Origin: Laetmonice hystrix
Taxonomy: Eukaryota
DNA length: 64,000 nt
Assembly: GCA_965235115.1 (NCBI GenBank)
Contig: OZ249444.1
Coordinates: forward strand, 23,312,001-23,376,000
Reading direction: 5' to 3'
Positions 38,212 through 53,684 of the stretch are shown here, one piece after another (positions within the stretch are counted from its first letter, which is position 1; each line of letters starts with the position of its first letter). The position numbers were made by a program, and so were the translations under genes. A model generated the notes under the pieces. It ran no database searches, was not told the DNA's origin, and saw only the letters and a list, made by a program, of their open reading frames with translations.

Positions 38212-41200
38212 GTTCAGTGGATTTACTGGTGCTAACTTTCAGTCATGGGTATAGATCTAGGTGATGTCAAACTGAATGTACTTAAATCGTTGTAGTATTA
38301 TATCAGTTCTAGAATGTACTACGTTTACTGCATTTAGAGTGGCAATTCTTACACAGGTTGAATAATAAGGCACGGTGTCTTACTGAGTAGTAAGTGTGTT
38401 TAGTCGATCCTGTTGTTTTTTGAGATTGTTGTCGGAACATTTGTATATATTGTCGACAAACACGCCAGTTAATTAACTGCTGAATGTATAATTTTAAAAA
38501 AACTGTAGATTTTGGTGACATTGTGTCAATTACAAACCGGTGCTGTTGGTAAAGTAGGGAAGAGAGGTTTTACCCTAATCGTGATCGGGTTGATTTACTG
38601 GGTACTAGATCAGGAGCCGTGGTGCTCACCAAGGGTTGAGTTTAGAAAACGTCTGCTCTTCAGATGCCTTCTAACGTCAGCCACTGGGCAGAGCAGACCT
38701 GGGTTGTCATGACTCATAACATGTTTGCATTATTTATATCTTTACATAAATTGAACCCATACTTCTATAATTTGATGACCCTCACAGTTCATTTCGTGTA
38801 TAAAAGCAGATCAACCCTTGAAAGTACTTTCCGCGAGGATCACGAATGTGAATGCAAATCCGGGTAATAAATCAAATTTAGGAATGGTTCAAGAAGATTG
38901 ACTGCACATAAAGACGTACTCCTACTTTCTACTTGTTTCCTTTTTGTGCAGTATCTTCGCTATGTCTCACAATACTGATTGTGCCGAGTATAGGAGGGAG
39001 ATTGGTTAGATCAATAACCGTCGTTGTTATCAGTAAGACCGTGCCCGTTCCCTCTGGTCACCTTTACGTGTATTAGTAGTTTACCACAGTCCCGGGAGAG
39101 ACCGGCCACTAGGGGTCAGGTCGGGAGCTGGTTCCAGTACTGATCACCTGACTTTACCTGGCCTTCTGATTGGGTAACAACACGTCATGTCCAGCACGTG
39201 CTGGTCAGAAGGCCACAAACAGCCAGTCGTGCTCCACCGACCAAGCGGTGAACGATCGATAAGTGATCAATACCACCAAAACCTAATTGCCTGACAGTGG
39301 AGATGTCTTTACGGCATGTATTGTAAGGGACTTCTGAAATATACAAGAGGGCCAGTGGAAAATACGGCGTGTATCTACGCGATCAAGGTTACGTTTGGAG
39401 AGCGACAAATTGGGGAAAAATTAAAATGAATAAAGAATTATATAATTTAAAACAAATCTTCAGAAAGGTATAGATCTAGATACATATTTTGACGTTAGAC
39501 GTCTGTCATATTATAGTATATAGTAGCTGGTTTAAATGCCTGCCTGCTAGAAAGATTTCCTATTACTATTGTCCCAGCAGACGTGATTCTGACATTGCCT
39601 GAAGGACTACCAGTAGTAATTACTCGTTAGAGGTCGTTACTATCTGGACGTACAATTAGCCATGTAATACTCGTGCTGACTACTTCATAATTGGTGTGCA
39701 GCCATCCGTGACGTATTAGTCCTTACCTCCTATCATTACCCACTGACTCATAATGTGGCCACCATGACAACTGTTGGCAAGCTCTGGGTGGGCATGGGTA
39801 AAAATAACCAAAATAACCGGCAGAAACTGAGGGAAATTAGATTAAAACCAAATTACCATGTCAGGACTCGAGGAGGAGGGGTAACAAATTGAGGGGGGGG
39901 GGGACCTCCCTGGCTCTGGGGTCCTATAAGCTGTTGTCACTTGATCATCAGCCAGGATGTTTACTAATGTAGCGCTCGGTGTGCTAAATTACTTATATTT
40001 TACTGAATTCATTAGTGCCTACAATGATGTATATTCATATAGTGTTTGTCAATGAGACAATAGAAGGACAGTTGGTCTGTGGTGTCATATGGGGCTACAT
40101 TGTGTATAGGTTGTCATTGTAGGGAGGTGTGGGGGTGAGAATATATCGGCATTCTCAGCTGATGGTATAGGGGTATAGATTTCTAATAGGTATCTGGTGA
40201 TGTCATAGCCATGACGTAATACAATACGTGTATAGAATCACTGTTATTGTGCTTTCATATAGATAGGCAGGTTTACTAAGATGGAAAGTGTCATTGGACA
40301 TAGATTTTTCAAGGGCGGACGTATTTGCTATACGTGGATGGGATAATTTGACATGAGGAAATGTAAGTTCAGCCTCCTCGTTGAAGAATACATGAAGGAA
40401 CGAACGAGTCCTAAACATTGTGCCAAAGCTTTCAGTATTCAAGCCACCCCACCCCTTTCAACACCGTCACCCACCAACCCAGCAAACCCCAGGGCTGTCA
40501 ATCATTGCCACTTAATTATAGATATGACCCAGTTTAGAGCGGTCTGATTGGGTGCCCCTGAACTGTGTCACGGTCGGTGCATAATTAATGAACGAGTTGA
40601 GGTTGGAGAATTCCCGGTACCTCCATATCGGGCAGAGCCAGGAGAACCCTCTGGGTTTAAACCGTGGGGATTGTATTCTACTCGGAATACGGAACGGCAA
40701 CATCTAGCCATGAGCAGTTCAATGAAGTCGTTATAATTGATCAAACTGTTTAAAATCAATGTGGACAGCGTGCTGATCGGAGACAGATGTTCCTACAGTC
40801 CCACTCTCCCGTGAAAATCCTGCATTTTAATTACAGCCTGTCGCTATAGTGATCAGGCTGGGATGCATGCATGCAGCATTAAAAATTAACAATGTTATGG
40901 TCGGCAGGGGGTGTGTGGGGGTAAAATTGGGGGTTAGTATGGTGGGTAGGGGTGAGGGGTTGGCTGGAGGGGGCGTGGCCATGGGAGGGTCACAAAAAGC
41001 GGAGAGGTGGAACAATTCACAGCGTCCTCGCTCAAACACACCGGTGGCATTCGTCATTGAGTACTGATGACCGGCAGCTGGTGAGGCTGAGCGTGGAGGG
41101 GTAGCTTTCATTGTCATCGGCAAGACAAGGGCGTAGCTCACACCCCCGGGGGTAGGCACACAGACTGGTGACAACTCTCACTCACAGAGCGAGGATATTA

Positions 41201-42843
41201 CGTCTAGGTGTACACCGACTGATTGACTGACCGATCGTCCGTTAACCAGGTGGGAACAGTTTAATGATATTAACCAGGAGGATATGTGTGTTAGATTGTT
41301 ATGTAGAAGGTCGGTTCGGAATTCACACGTGTTTGCCTTTGTTTGATTTGATGCGCCTATCACCAAACAAGCGCGGCATGTTTTAAACCGGCTTCAGTCG
41401 CGGTGAACGCAGCGTGAATAAGATTATAGATGAGGTTGAGGCATGCTTTGTTTATAATACTTCATGTTTGTTATAACCAGGAGACAGAGTAAATATTAAC
41501 AGTGGACCCTCAGTATGTGATCAGTGTTTGTTGTGTTCATGGTACACCGGACCATACACTGCCTTGTGTCACACAGACCAGGAGAGAGGTCACCGTGACC
41601 GTAGTAGCAGCAGGACTTCCATCACCCTAAGCTGGACCCAATCCCCTTTGTCCTGACTCGTGGCTGTGTGTTAACATAATGTCTACTTTACATGTCCATG
41701 TGATATTACTCCGACTGAAGGCCCTGGGTTTACCGAGCCACTGTAATCAACACTCAAGTTCTCCTCGTTAGTCCTTCGTATCCTGAAGGAAGTCGTCGAG
41801 GTTCTTAATTATATTGTTTTTTTCACATTTCATTATGTTATTAAAAGCTGCATGATATTGATATTACCAAGGAAATTGCTTATCGTGATGCTCCATGGAG
41901 TTATTTGACAGAATTTGGATTTGTCAGTTTGCTCGATTCTGGGTGAATTAAACCAGGATTTTCTTTCTTTCCATTTTTCTGTAACCACTCAACCCCCCTC
42001 AGAAAATTGACCATACCAATATTTAAGAATTCTCCTCAGGCCTAGCATTCCCCACCGTCATAGAAGTGGAAATATTTCCCATTCCCAGACTGTACATACA
42101 GACGTCCTCACCAGGGTGATCAATACTGAAATGATGTTGATTTACTATTTGATAAAAATTGATCGTAGGGAGTCGGTGCCCTTGAGTGCGTCGTTCATGT
42201 CGGAGTGCGTCTGTTTGACGTTAAACCCTGAGATATCGTCAAGTCGAACGTCTGGTAACAGTTGGTACGTACGTCCTGCCTATGTCTATGAGAGGAGATT
42301 AATGTACTGGGGTGTTACCCCCACCCCCTCCCCGGCATCGTCATCACTCCAATATTGGATCCCATTGATGCCATGTTAATTAAGCACGCAGGCCACGTCT
42401 CGAGGTCAGAGGTCAGCTGTATGCACGCACGCGTAGTAACGGCATGCATGCACACAGGCATGCTGGCACATCGAAATTCACTACCCGGTATGTTAGAAAT
42501 CCATATCGTGACTCCCAAAGTATGTTGTCATTGAAAGGTTATGAAGCTTGAAAGGTGCTGTAGATAATTGTCACTTTGCCTCTGTGTGTCTGGTATAGAA
42601 GGGGTGTTACAAGTCGACGAATATGCCATTACGACTTTGTAATGTACAATTTCAAGGCAGTCACGATCAGTTCTACCAGAAATTCTACCTTGGAAATCGT
42701 TCACCAGAGACTCTTCAATGAACTCGTTTCTTGTAATCAGTTTCTGCATCAATAATGTACCAGGATATGAGGTCCACAGGAAACGAACCTGGACCAAGGC
42801 TTGGTACAGTCAGAGTTGGAAGTTTGAACGGAAACTTTGCACA

Positions 42844-43580
42844 GTCACAGGACGAACGTTGGATCTTTATCTTATTACCTATCTCAGAAACTGTAGATAG
42901 AACCCAGACTTGTAACTAGACCTGACTGTCACAGGACGAACGTTGGATCTTTATCTTACCTATCTCAGAGACTGTAGATAGAACCCAGACTTGTAACTAG
43001 ACCTGACTGTCACAGGACGAACGTTGGATCTTTATCTTACCTATCTCAGAGACTGTAGATAGAACCCAGACTTGTGACTAGACCTGACTGTCACAGGACG
43101 AACGTTGGATCTTTATCTTACCTATCTCAGAAACTGTAGATAGAACCCAGACTTGTAACTAGACCTGACAGTCACAGGACGAACGTTGGATCTTTATCTT
43201 ACCTATCTCAGAGACTGTAGATAGAACCCAGACTTGTGACTAGACCTGACTGTCACAGGACGAACGTTGGATCTTTATCTTACCTATCTCAGAGACTGTA
43301 GATAGAACCCAGACTTGTAACTAGACCTGACAGTCACAGGACGAACGTTGGCTCTTTATCTTATTACCTATCTCAGAGACTGTAGATAGAACCCAGACTT
43401 GTGACTAGACCTGACTGTCACAGGACGAACGTTGGATCTTTATCTTACCTATCTCAGAGACTGTAGATAGAACCCAGACTTGTAACTAGACCTGACAGTC
43501 ACAGGACGAACGTTGGATCTTTATCTTACCTATCTCAGAGACTGTAGATAGAACCCAGACTTGTAACTAGACCTGACTGT
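42844..43580. repeat. 81-bp tandem repeat x9 (different sequence)
   Basis: Unit gtcacaggacgaacgttggatctttatcttacctatctcagagactgtagatagaacccagacttgtaactagacctgact; two units carry a 3-bp insertion. Confidence 0.97.
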
Positions 43581-46500
43581 GTGCCCCGTGAAGTGTGTAT
43601 TTCTACCTTTGGTTACATACTAGCCTCAATAACCGATATGTCTGGGTAGATCAGTACAGCTACAGGTGAGGAGGGTGGGGCAGTGCTTGGCTCCAGCGGG
43701 GCTGAGTCCCTGGGGTATGACGTCACAGGTTACAGACATTGTAAAGGCAGGGGTAGCTCACATCAATAATGTAATGATAATTGGCTATACATCGGTACAC
43801 TATAACTTACCATGGATATCGTATCGTCATAATCTACTTGGGATTGAGAAGAGCATGGCGAGATCAGCAAAATTAGGAATCAGAATGCAGGGAAGGGAAA
43901 CGTTACATTGTCGATAATTAAGTCCTCATGCAATTACTGTAGAGCACGCAGGCACGGCCTGGGAAACTGGAGCAGTAGTGAGCATAGGGATCATTAATTA
44001 TTAAATAATAAAATAAAAAATGTTCTGTTAATGGGAAGAAAAACAGAAAGAGATAATGTATTCCCATACACCGTCAGAGATCAGGGTGTCGAGATGATGT
44101 CGAGATCAGGGCACTGCTAGGCTGTGTTTGACTTGGCCTGACCTGGGGGCCGGGGCCGTATTCATGGAGAGGGGGGGGAGGACCCTCCCAGATCATGTAC
44201 ACATGTGATGACATTAGTCTGGTATATTTACATTGATCCGTGGTCGCCAATGTTTGGCTATGGATCAGATCCCTGATATCTGATCCTTGGGGTAACCGCT
44301 GAGTGACTGTAGGAAGTACTGTCTATGTGACTGATGAGCTAATATACAGGTGACAGAGATTGTGATACCGGTGCCAGATTAAATCCCAGGAATTCACCCA
44401 AAATACGGATTCCTCCTCGACGTCCACCCACCAACAGGGTGTTAGCATTCATTGGTTTATTAATTGTTAATGTGTTCACATTCTTGTACTCCCAGCAAAC
44501 GTAATTATTGACAACAGGAAATGGATTTGGTAAAATGCTAACGACGCTGAGAATTGACCTTTGATGTTGACATAAGTCAGGTCGATATGGTGATTGTGGA
44601 GAAGGTTGGGTGTTAGTGTAGTTGTGTTGTTAAAGGTAACCACTTCATCTTGAGACATCGATCAAATGTTCCATTCCACCGTCGGTCAATAGACGAATAT
44701 TTGACCTGGTTTTAAAAGTACGCCAACCCGTCGACCTCGATACCGGTCCGTCTTTTTCTGTTCAAGGAATACGAACTAGATTGTGACCAAGGCATTATGA
44801 CTGCGTACTGATTGACTCTCCTGAGGTATTGCATAATTCCTGCATGTTTCCAGCCGTGAGTCAGTGACGTTGTGGGTAGAACCAGTCCGTACACGCCCCG
44901 ACCTAGAGTAGCGTTGTGAGTAGTACATGGAAGTGGGGGTTAGCGCTGTGAATCAGCTGTCGGTAAAATTCTCCACCGTCATTCCGGATACTGTTATAAT
45001 AGAAACACTATAAATGACATTTCACAAACTCTCACTAATCACACCGCGGACGGCTGCAGTGACCGAGCGATGATATCTCAGACAGTAACACTGGTTGCAA
45101 CATTACTCGGGTATGTACCCTTGAATTACGTACGTGTATATTTGAAAGCGACATGTGGAGCTACCCCACGGTTTTCATGTTGGGTGTAAAGCAACGCTTT
45201 TGGCCAATTCAGCCGAGTTGTGGTGATTTGTATGAGGCTGGAAGTTCTCTTTGAAATCCATGACGGTTTGCGCCAATAGCAAGCCATAATGAACAATTTC
45301 ACTCGGCCGTTCCCAGCATAAAGCCACCGGACTCCGACAAGCCTGGATTATTAGAGCGCTTTGGAAAGTAGCTCCGATACACGCCTTGGCCTCCGGCGGT
45401 CCACGGCTAATCCATTACACTTTTACGTCGTCTTTCATCGCGTCATATTGGCAGCTTTTAGCCAAACATTGGCTCAGCTTTCTCCTCTGCAAAATCCAGG
45501 TGAAATCGAATAATTGACTTTTTTTACTGCACATTTGCCACATTGAAGCGTTTTATGTTTTCGGTGGGTTGTTTGGGTTTGAAAGAAATAGATCAAAGAA
45601 TTTGAAGACAGGTCCAGGGTTCTGATTGGAGGATTACTGAGAAAATCTCGGGCTCATTAAGTGACTGTGCACTGAAATCCATGTCAGAAATATTCAGTTC
45701 CGGAGAATGAGCTGTAATAAGGCATTCAGTGATTGAAAAGTGGCATCCATTATGGGAGGGGGCGTGCCATCTTGGAATGTGCCTCAAGTGTGGCCAAAGA
45801 AACCAGAGTAGGATAGCTTGAATTACATTCCACCCTCCCTCCAATACACACTTAAAGAGGTGTGTTTATGTGGTTTGATGGAGACTGGTTTTGTTTAAGG
45901 AACGTTAGATATCGTCAGGGACATGTAGAAATATTGAGTGTCCTGTGACGCCTGTCTGGTACGTCTATCGACTTCACAGTTCTATATTTTGACGACCCTG
46001 GAGCCCTATCATTACATAGCCCTCTGCGTTGATCAGATCTCTTGAGTACTGCTATAATCTGACCCGGTGATAATCAAGCAATAGTAGATGGATAATTGTA
46101 TTCCAGTGATCCTAACTGATTCTGACTGAACCCTTGTAGTAGGTATAGGTTTACTCTAGTTGTCAGGTACGGCTCTGCGCCTGTGAAGGCTCCACACATA
46201 ATGTGATGCAGGTCTCCGGCAGGGCTCAGCGCAGTTCAAACCATCCCTGATGAGCGCAGCAATATATCAGAGGGTAACATGCTGTCTTCACCTCTTACCC
46301 TCATCCCAGTAGATGGGGTAAGTTAGAACAGGCTACCATGCCGGGGTATATAGAGACCAACCGTGGAGGGTGGGGGTATGGTGCTGGGATCCGAGCGGAG
46401 CCGGTAGCTCCCCCTGCTGGCCAGCAGTGGAAGCAGTCGGCCTGGGGATCGAAGACGTTGCTCTCCCGTCACGATGGACAAACTTACCATTTCACATCAC

Positions 46501-48784
46501 AGACATCAACCATGGCCTGACCAGATACTTCCACTCACGGTAACCTTTTAAAAACTCTTCTAAACTTACTAAACTCCAGGATCTACATGCCAGGATTTCT
46601 GTCTTCAAACGCAGTTCATGGATTTAACCATGATGGAGATGGCCTGGATCCAAAGTTCACCAGGAACGAATCCAGCAGGTTAACCTTTGACCGACTTATA
46701 TTTGATATAGAAGTTAACCTTGGTGTGACCTACATAAGGCACCTGGAACCAATCATGTGTACCATATATTATCATCATGAGAACATGCTCAACCTGTTCA
46801 CTATGTGTGGCGATACTGCTCTCGTCAAACTCAGAGGGAGAAAACTTGCAAATTTTGAAAATGAAGCTGAAGAATCTGATGTCGTAAAGGTTGACACTAA
46901 AGTTCATTATTAGATCTGGTAAAATGTCGGATCGTTTTTCACATTATTGCCGCTTTTCGTAATACAGCTTTCGTATAAAAGCTGTGCTAATGGCAGCAGA
47001 GAGTGGCTGAGGACCAGGCCATCCAAAATTTGGAGATGTTCAACAGGGCAGTTGGGCATGAATTTGTCCTGAACTGTTTTAATAAGGGAGACTTTCAGAG
47101 TTACACTTGAGACTCGATAACTTGGAGTGAGATTATGCCATGTTTGATATTATCAATACTGCCACTTTTTTACTTCAAACGTTCCGGGAGCCTCCATAAT
47201 GTTTCATTCTGTGGAGCGTTGATAAGAAATTGTAAATTCTCTAATCCATACAGTTTAGCCGAGTAATGTCGCAGTAGTTTTCTGTCATAGGTGCGGCAGA
47301 TTGTTCCTGGATCAGAATCAGGCTGATGTATAACTTTATCATGCTCTCGTTCCGTTTTCCTACATTTTGCAGCAGATTACGTCGTTAAAATCCATCCCTG
47401 TATATACTGTAATGTTATTAAATACACGTCCTATCCAGGAGTGAACACGGGATAATGATACGGAACATTAAAATAACTGATTACAAAAAGATCAGCATTG
47501 TCCGGGTCAGTAGAACAGTCAATATACACATATATAATTGATTCTCGCTACCGACACACGGTGGATATGAGCAGGGGAGATGGTGGACGGGGAGGTGGGG
47601 GGAGCTGTCACAATGCCTCATGCTCCAGTGCGCGTGCGCGGGCACGTTCAATCGGCTTTCAGTGAGTCGATCACTCCCGACAGGCCCTACATCATGGTGA
47701 ATCAATGCTGCTATTTATAATGTCATGGGATTTATGATCGCAAGTGCTGGGGTCTGTGGTAGGTTAAGGTGATTTGATGGATCTGATCGAGTCCAATTGT
47801 ACCCGCTGTGTAGAGTATAGGGAGTAGTTTATCATCGTTTGTTAGCACAGGATGGGCCCTCATAATAATAGATGATTACACCTGTACTGGTATTTCCAGA
47901 GATACCTCAGCAGGTACTAACAATTCGGGATGTTCCAGCTCCTTTTTTTGTTTGATCTTTGATATTGGAAGTGAAAATATAAAATTGCCTGACCCACGCA
48001 TATTTAAAGGTTTTCAGTAATCCCGTATGGCTATGACAATACCTGAGTATTTCAGACATGTCGTTCGAGGTGACATATGAAAGCATTGTTAACAAGTTGC
48101 ACTTACACAAGTGAAAAAATGATTTAACAGACGCAAAGTTCGCGTCTGGTCAGGGCGCCAGTGGTTGGTCATGTCGCTGCCAGTCACCAGAGGGAGTCCT
48201 AGTCGACTATACCATGAAACAGTCAATATATACGACTGTGTGTGACTCTCGTCATGGTGTGTGTATAGACCTATGGCTGTGTCCTCATGTAGTATGTTGG
48301 TATGTGTGTAACCGTGGCAGCTGCCGTCATGTGTGACAGTAGATGGGTCAATGTTCGCTGTATTAAATATGTAGGTCTATTCGTTTGATTTCGTTACCTG
48401 TCATTGCTAATGGATGTATCATCGTTAGACCATGATACTGCTACATCTTGGTGTATGACCATGTTGGTGATTTATACCAACATGTATTTAGATGATATTT
48501 ATATAATTAGTCTTACAAGTTGATAGCTCAAGGTTAGCTCAGTTGTAACTTTAGCCGTATCATACAGACGTACGCCATGGGTATATGGAGTAAGGCGTGA
48601 GTCATTGTGTGGGTTCATGTATTCAGGGACCGTGGGGCAGTGAGAGAGTTAGAGGTCGATAGGTATAGGTCAGTCCTCAGGAGGACCTGTGCCAGATGAG
48701 GTTTCTAACCACGCTAGGCCGGGTCCAACAATAGGGAATGGTGACTGATTAATATAGAATACAGAGTACTGTGTAGATGTGTAG

Positions 48785-48885
48785 CTCTCTCTCTCTCACT
48801 CTCGCTGTCTGTCTCTGTCTCTGTCTCTGTCTCTGTCTCTGTCTCTGTCTCTGTCTCTGTCTGTCTCTCTCTCTCTCTCTCTCTC
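48785..48885. repeat. Compound (CT)n/(CTCTGT)n microsatellite
   Basis: Direct reading. Confidence 0.95.
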
Positions 48886-48991
48886 CCGTCCTTGACCGCA
48901 GTCGACTGCGGCCTATCCTGGAGGTATATTACCTGACAACATGTGGCTTGGGGAAGGAAAGACAAAAACAATTCATTAGCGTTCTGTCCAG

Positions 48992-49117
48992 GGCCCGGTT
49001 CACAAACAAAGTCAAGTCAATTTTAATTAACTTAAAATCCATTTTAACCAATCAGATTCAAGTAAAATTGACTTCAAGTCAATTAAAATTGACTTGACTT
49101 TGTTTGTGAACCGGGTC
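48992..49117. mobile_element. 126-bp palindromic MITE, PIF/Harbinger-like
   Basis: ~42-bp TIRs (ggcccggttcacaaacaaagtcaagtcaattttaatt / aattaaaattgacttgactttgtttgtgaaccgggtc) with 3-bp TSD 'cag' on both sides. CWG/TWA 3-bp TSDs are characteristic of Harbinger. Confidence 0.85.
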
Positions 49118-52100
49118 CAGATCTCCCCACTCCCGGTACGTTCTACTGGTACGTTAGGTCGTACCGACATCCGTGGGGTGGATTAGGGCGGGCGGGGCTG
49201 CCCCTAAACCCCATGCAGAGGATGTCTTGGCGGGTGAAGAGGCAGGATCTAGGAGGATCTAGAATTTCCAATCCATCACCTCACCCCAACACCCCTACTA
49301 CTGCCAGGTGGGCCCCACCTACCCGTCCACCCACTCCATCCAGTGTGGGGGCTCGTGGCCAGTAGTGGATGGGTCAGTTGGACGGGACTTGGCAGGTCGT
49401 CAACGTCTGCTTAATGTATGCAAGTGGACGTAACCTCCGTCCACCCCGTCCATGTCATATCATGTACGCTGTACTCAACTCAGCAGACGGAGCAAGTATC
49501 GACGGTGAAATGTAGTTTGTATTTATGGTGGGCTTAAAGGGTAAACCTCAATTTGGAGCGTATTAAAAGTAGGCCCCTATAGTTCTATAAACGTGCTGCA
49601 GAAGTCTAGTAGGCTTCTGATAAATGGTATTTCATTGAGAGGGATTAGTGATGGTTTGAAGGGCGGATGGATACAAATTATATTTGTGAGAGTTTCTACC
49701 ACAGAGTTACAGTTTAGGGGTTGGTTGAGTCAATGAAATTTCTTGTCTTAATATATCTTGTCAGCGTTAGGTGGCCTATTTCCTAGGTTTGCCGAGAGAA
49801 GGAGCCACTGTAAGCGGGTCAGAGGCGGGAATGTGACGTGGGTGGCAGATGGCAGCCGACATACGCCACCAGGTGGTCAGGTTAGGTACTACTACCTGGA
49901 CGGCCAGTCGCCTCATCTCTGACATGATTACAACGTCACACAGTCTCAACTAGATTAAGCGAGAACTAGAGTGAATTACAGCAAAACCTTGGTTTTATAG
50001 TATTTTTAAATGAACCACACGTTGGTCTGGTGTTGCTATACAAGAAAATCTGGCAGGTCAAAATTTCAAAGATGATTAGTCGTAGAGATGATCGACCAAC
50101 CGCGTGTCAGGGACTCAAAGGTCAAGGTAAAGAAGGTCACAGTCATTCCGTCTGTCTACTGATTCAGTTTGAGGGCATATTGAGACGACAGCTGAGGGAC
50201 CGGATGCATCATAATGAGTTTGGACGAATAAACAAAGCGTTGACCAATTTCTAATTTACACACACCCCACACAGTCAGAATTATAGTTTAATCTCCCTAA
50301 ATATCAGTGACAGCGTTTGAATAAAAGTTTCCGCGATATATTATACACCAATTTTGTACATGGCATTTGCCCACGTTTCAAGGTCCTTAGTTTGTGATCG
50401 GATTTTAACAACTGAGACTGGCTAGCTCCCCCCACCTAACGGTGTTTTTTAAAGGATAATGGTTTGCCTGGTAAGACTTCAATGTAGTTTGTCCGGAGAA
50501 TAAGACGATAAGATTTAAACTTGTTGCAGAGAGTTGTACACATAGCCAGGTGTGGACGAGCAGTCAGTAACGGACGCCGAAACGTATCCGTCATTACTGG
50601 CCTAATTAACACGTCACGCTCATTTTGTCCAACCTGCTGCCATGGTAACAGTTGGTCGCCTTGTGCTCCATATGTCATCCACCTACATGGACGCAGCCTA
50701 GGTGTAGAAACGGATGTAACAACAATAATAGTGGAGTTATTTTATAACTACGGTAATAAAAATACTGTATAAACTATATCAAAGCGTGCTCAGCTTTAGT
50801 CGCCGAGAGAGTTTGTTTCCAAAGAGTGTCATATAAATACAGGAGACTACAGATACAGTTGGAAAGAGCAAATGGGTTTAAGTGTTAATTATCCAAGTTT
50901 GCCGAAATCCAGCTGGGTTCATTGAGAATTGGTGTGGGTTTGGTGGTGGGTTGGGTGGCCTGGTGGTAGTGGCCATTACGACAGTCTGGTGTGGGTGTGT
51001 CCGGGCTATGATTGTCGGAGAGACCGTGTAAGTTCGATTACTGATCACAGACCACAGCCTCGCACCTCCATGGTGACCACTCACTGGTATGTGGCGGCAA
51101 CTGGATCTTATGGTTTCCATGACAGCCTGATCACCCTACTGGCACGTGAAAAATTACACCTTTTTTCGTTGCCATTCTTACCACCCTGGAGGTGACAGTC
51201 TGACCCTCCTGATCGGTCTGTTACTGTGGCTACTGGAGCGGTAAAAAGGGCCACGGACATACATCCTCCAGTAAGGAACTTGTGGTTCAGAGTAAGGCAT
51301 TGTGGGATACGTGAATGTCAGATCGAGGCTGCCATGTATGATTCCCACAGAGGAGACAAGGGAGAGCCATGACGTTTTATGGTAAATATCACTGAGATTA
51401 TTTGGAAACCTGCTCGTATTTCTGAGTCTTATATGACACAGTTGTCCGGTCGGTCACCGTGTCTGTCACAGCGGGGAGGTGACAGAAATGAGAAAGGCTG
51501 TCTTGGGTTCACCTTGGTTGTTGCAGCGGTAGTCATGATTTGTGAGTTCTGAAGATGTTTTCTTCCAGGGTCATTATATATTTTTGGTGAGGTGAAAAGT
51601 CGCCAAACAACGTCCTAGGCCTTGCACCTTTTGATAACATAATATCAGGTGTGAGGAATTTAGAACATTATCCTTTAAACCAATGATTTTGTATGCAGGC
51701 ACGCAATGTCCAGGAATCCCGGCACTTACTCTTTTGTAAACATTATGAGTTATATTGACATAGTTGTTGACTTTATATCTTACAGAGAAACCAGCCAAAA
51801 CATCGTCATCTTTTGCTCACTTGGCACTGATCAACCAGATCCAGCACGGAGTACAACTACGCAAGAGTCCCGCTGGCAAGAAAATCCGAGGGAACGAAGG
51901 TAGGAAACTTGTTCATTTCACATCATCACATTGGCCTATTTTATCATTAAAAAGAACACTTTCAAGATTCTCGTCTAGCCTTCCTTTAATACAGTGATTG
52001 GTGCTATACTCATACCTCAGATCTTTACAAAACAAAAGTCAACAGTAAGGCAGGACAAATCCGCAGCCGTTTGATATTTCGAAAGAATGTCTACAGACTT

Positions 52101-53684
52101 TTAGAATAAGAAGACAAAACACGTGAACAAAAAAGGATGATCCTGCACAAAAAGGTCGTTTCAGGAGTTCAGAACACAAGTCAAGAAACGTTCTGAACAC
52201 AAGTCAAGAAAAGTTCTGAACACAAGTCAAGAAAAGTATCTGTTGTGATGGCCTAGGTCAGCCTCGATATCGCCTTGACCTCAATTAGCAATGATAATGA
52301 TACCGACCCGTTTTCCAGTTCCCTCCTAACCTAGTTATGTCTTGTGAGTGGTCGTTTTTCTGGGCGAGAGAGGGGAGCACATCTGTTACTGTGCCCAGAA
52401 GCCTTGAGGCGATCGATGTGAGCCAGCCGGGAAAATGTGCCTAGAAATGTGCCGGATAACAGAGTGATCAGGAAGTGTACAGCCTGTTCACTGACGTGGA
52501 AAGTCTGGCAGGCTGGAAGACTTGGCCTCATTCTGTCATGAAGGGGGAAATGGTTGAGACATATTTCACGTTTTCAATTATTATTGAGGCATTTCCTATG
52601 GCAGTGACACTGAAACGTTGGACGGAATTGAGCAAAATGTTGGAGAGACGCTTCCATGAGACATAATTAGTTAGACGTCAGTATATAATGTTGCTCATGG
52701 TCTTTTCAGTCTAATTTCCTGCCCTCTGAATATCTAGATGTTAAAGCAAACAACATGCTATTATACTTCAGCTTTTTAACCGGGAATTCAACGAATTTGT
52801 ATTATGTTTGCCAGATGGCCATGGTGATTATAGGTAATGCTGGTAGATTTTGACGACGACATTATGTATAAAATGTGAGTGTCATCTAGCAGTAATTGAC
52901 TCTGATAGTACAAATTAAATCCGGTGTCATATAACTTCCTCCGCCAAATGGCAGAGTGCCACTTGTGTTAAGTTTCAAAGTAACTTGGTTTAAATCTCGT
53001 CAGGCAGTCTCTAGTATTGTTATTGGTGTTATAAATCATAAAATCTGTTTGCTATGGAAGAGAACTTTAACAGATCTGTAGGATTAGCAGGACAATGTAA
53101 ACATTAGTAAGAGGCGTTAAGTTGTCGGAGGTGTGGTCTTCATATTCTCACACCTAGTTATCTTTGAATTAAGAAAATAGATTGAAGTTTCATGTGTAGG
53201 TCTGATTACCAATGGATATCTGCACGTCAGTGATCATCCACGTAGATTACAGAGGAGATTTTAATACGTTTGGCTGGCATCCTTCCACCAATATTTGTCA
53301 GTTTAACCAAAAGGTACATTAGTAGAGTCAAATTGGCAGGTCAGCCACCTGGCAACCTATTCGGTGATGGTGGTGGTGGGGGGAGAGGGGGTCGGCTCAT
53401 TGGCCAAACACCCCCAGGCTGAGCTATCTATGACAATATTGTGATGACCACAAGTTTCAAGGGAGGCTCAGATTTAACTACTGGCATTGGGACTGTTGGG
53501 AAGGTAACTGTAGGATAGTTCTTAAAGTATTGGCGGGTATACTTACGGATATTTTAGAGATCTCCGTCGATTGTGTTTTGTGACATTCAAATTTAAATTG
53601 AGTATTGTGTGATTGAGGGCGAATTGCGACCGTTGCAGATTACTGACAAAATGGACGCTGCAAGTGTATGAAGTTGAGTTGAGG

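Noticed and set aside
46485-46913. ORF 46587-46913 and minus-strand donor-like sites (gtaagt) near 46490 and 46568 suggesting a nested antisense gene
   Set aside because: No consistent chain of minus-strand exons and no recognisable domain.
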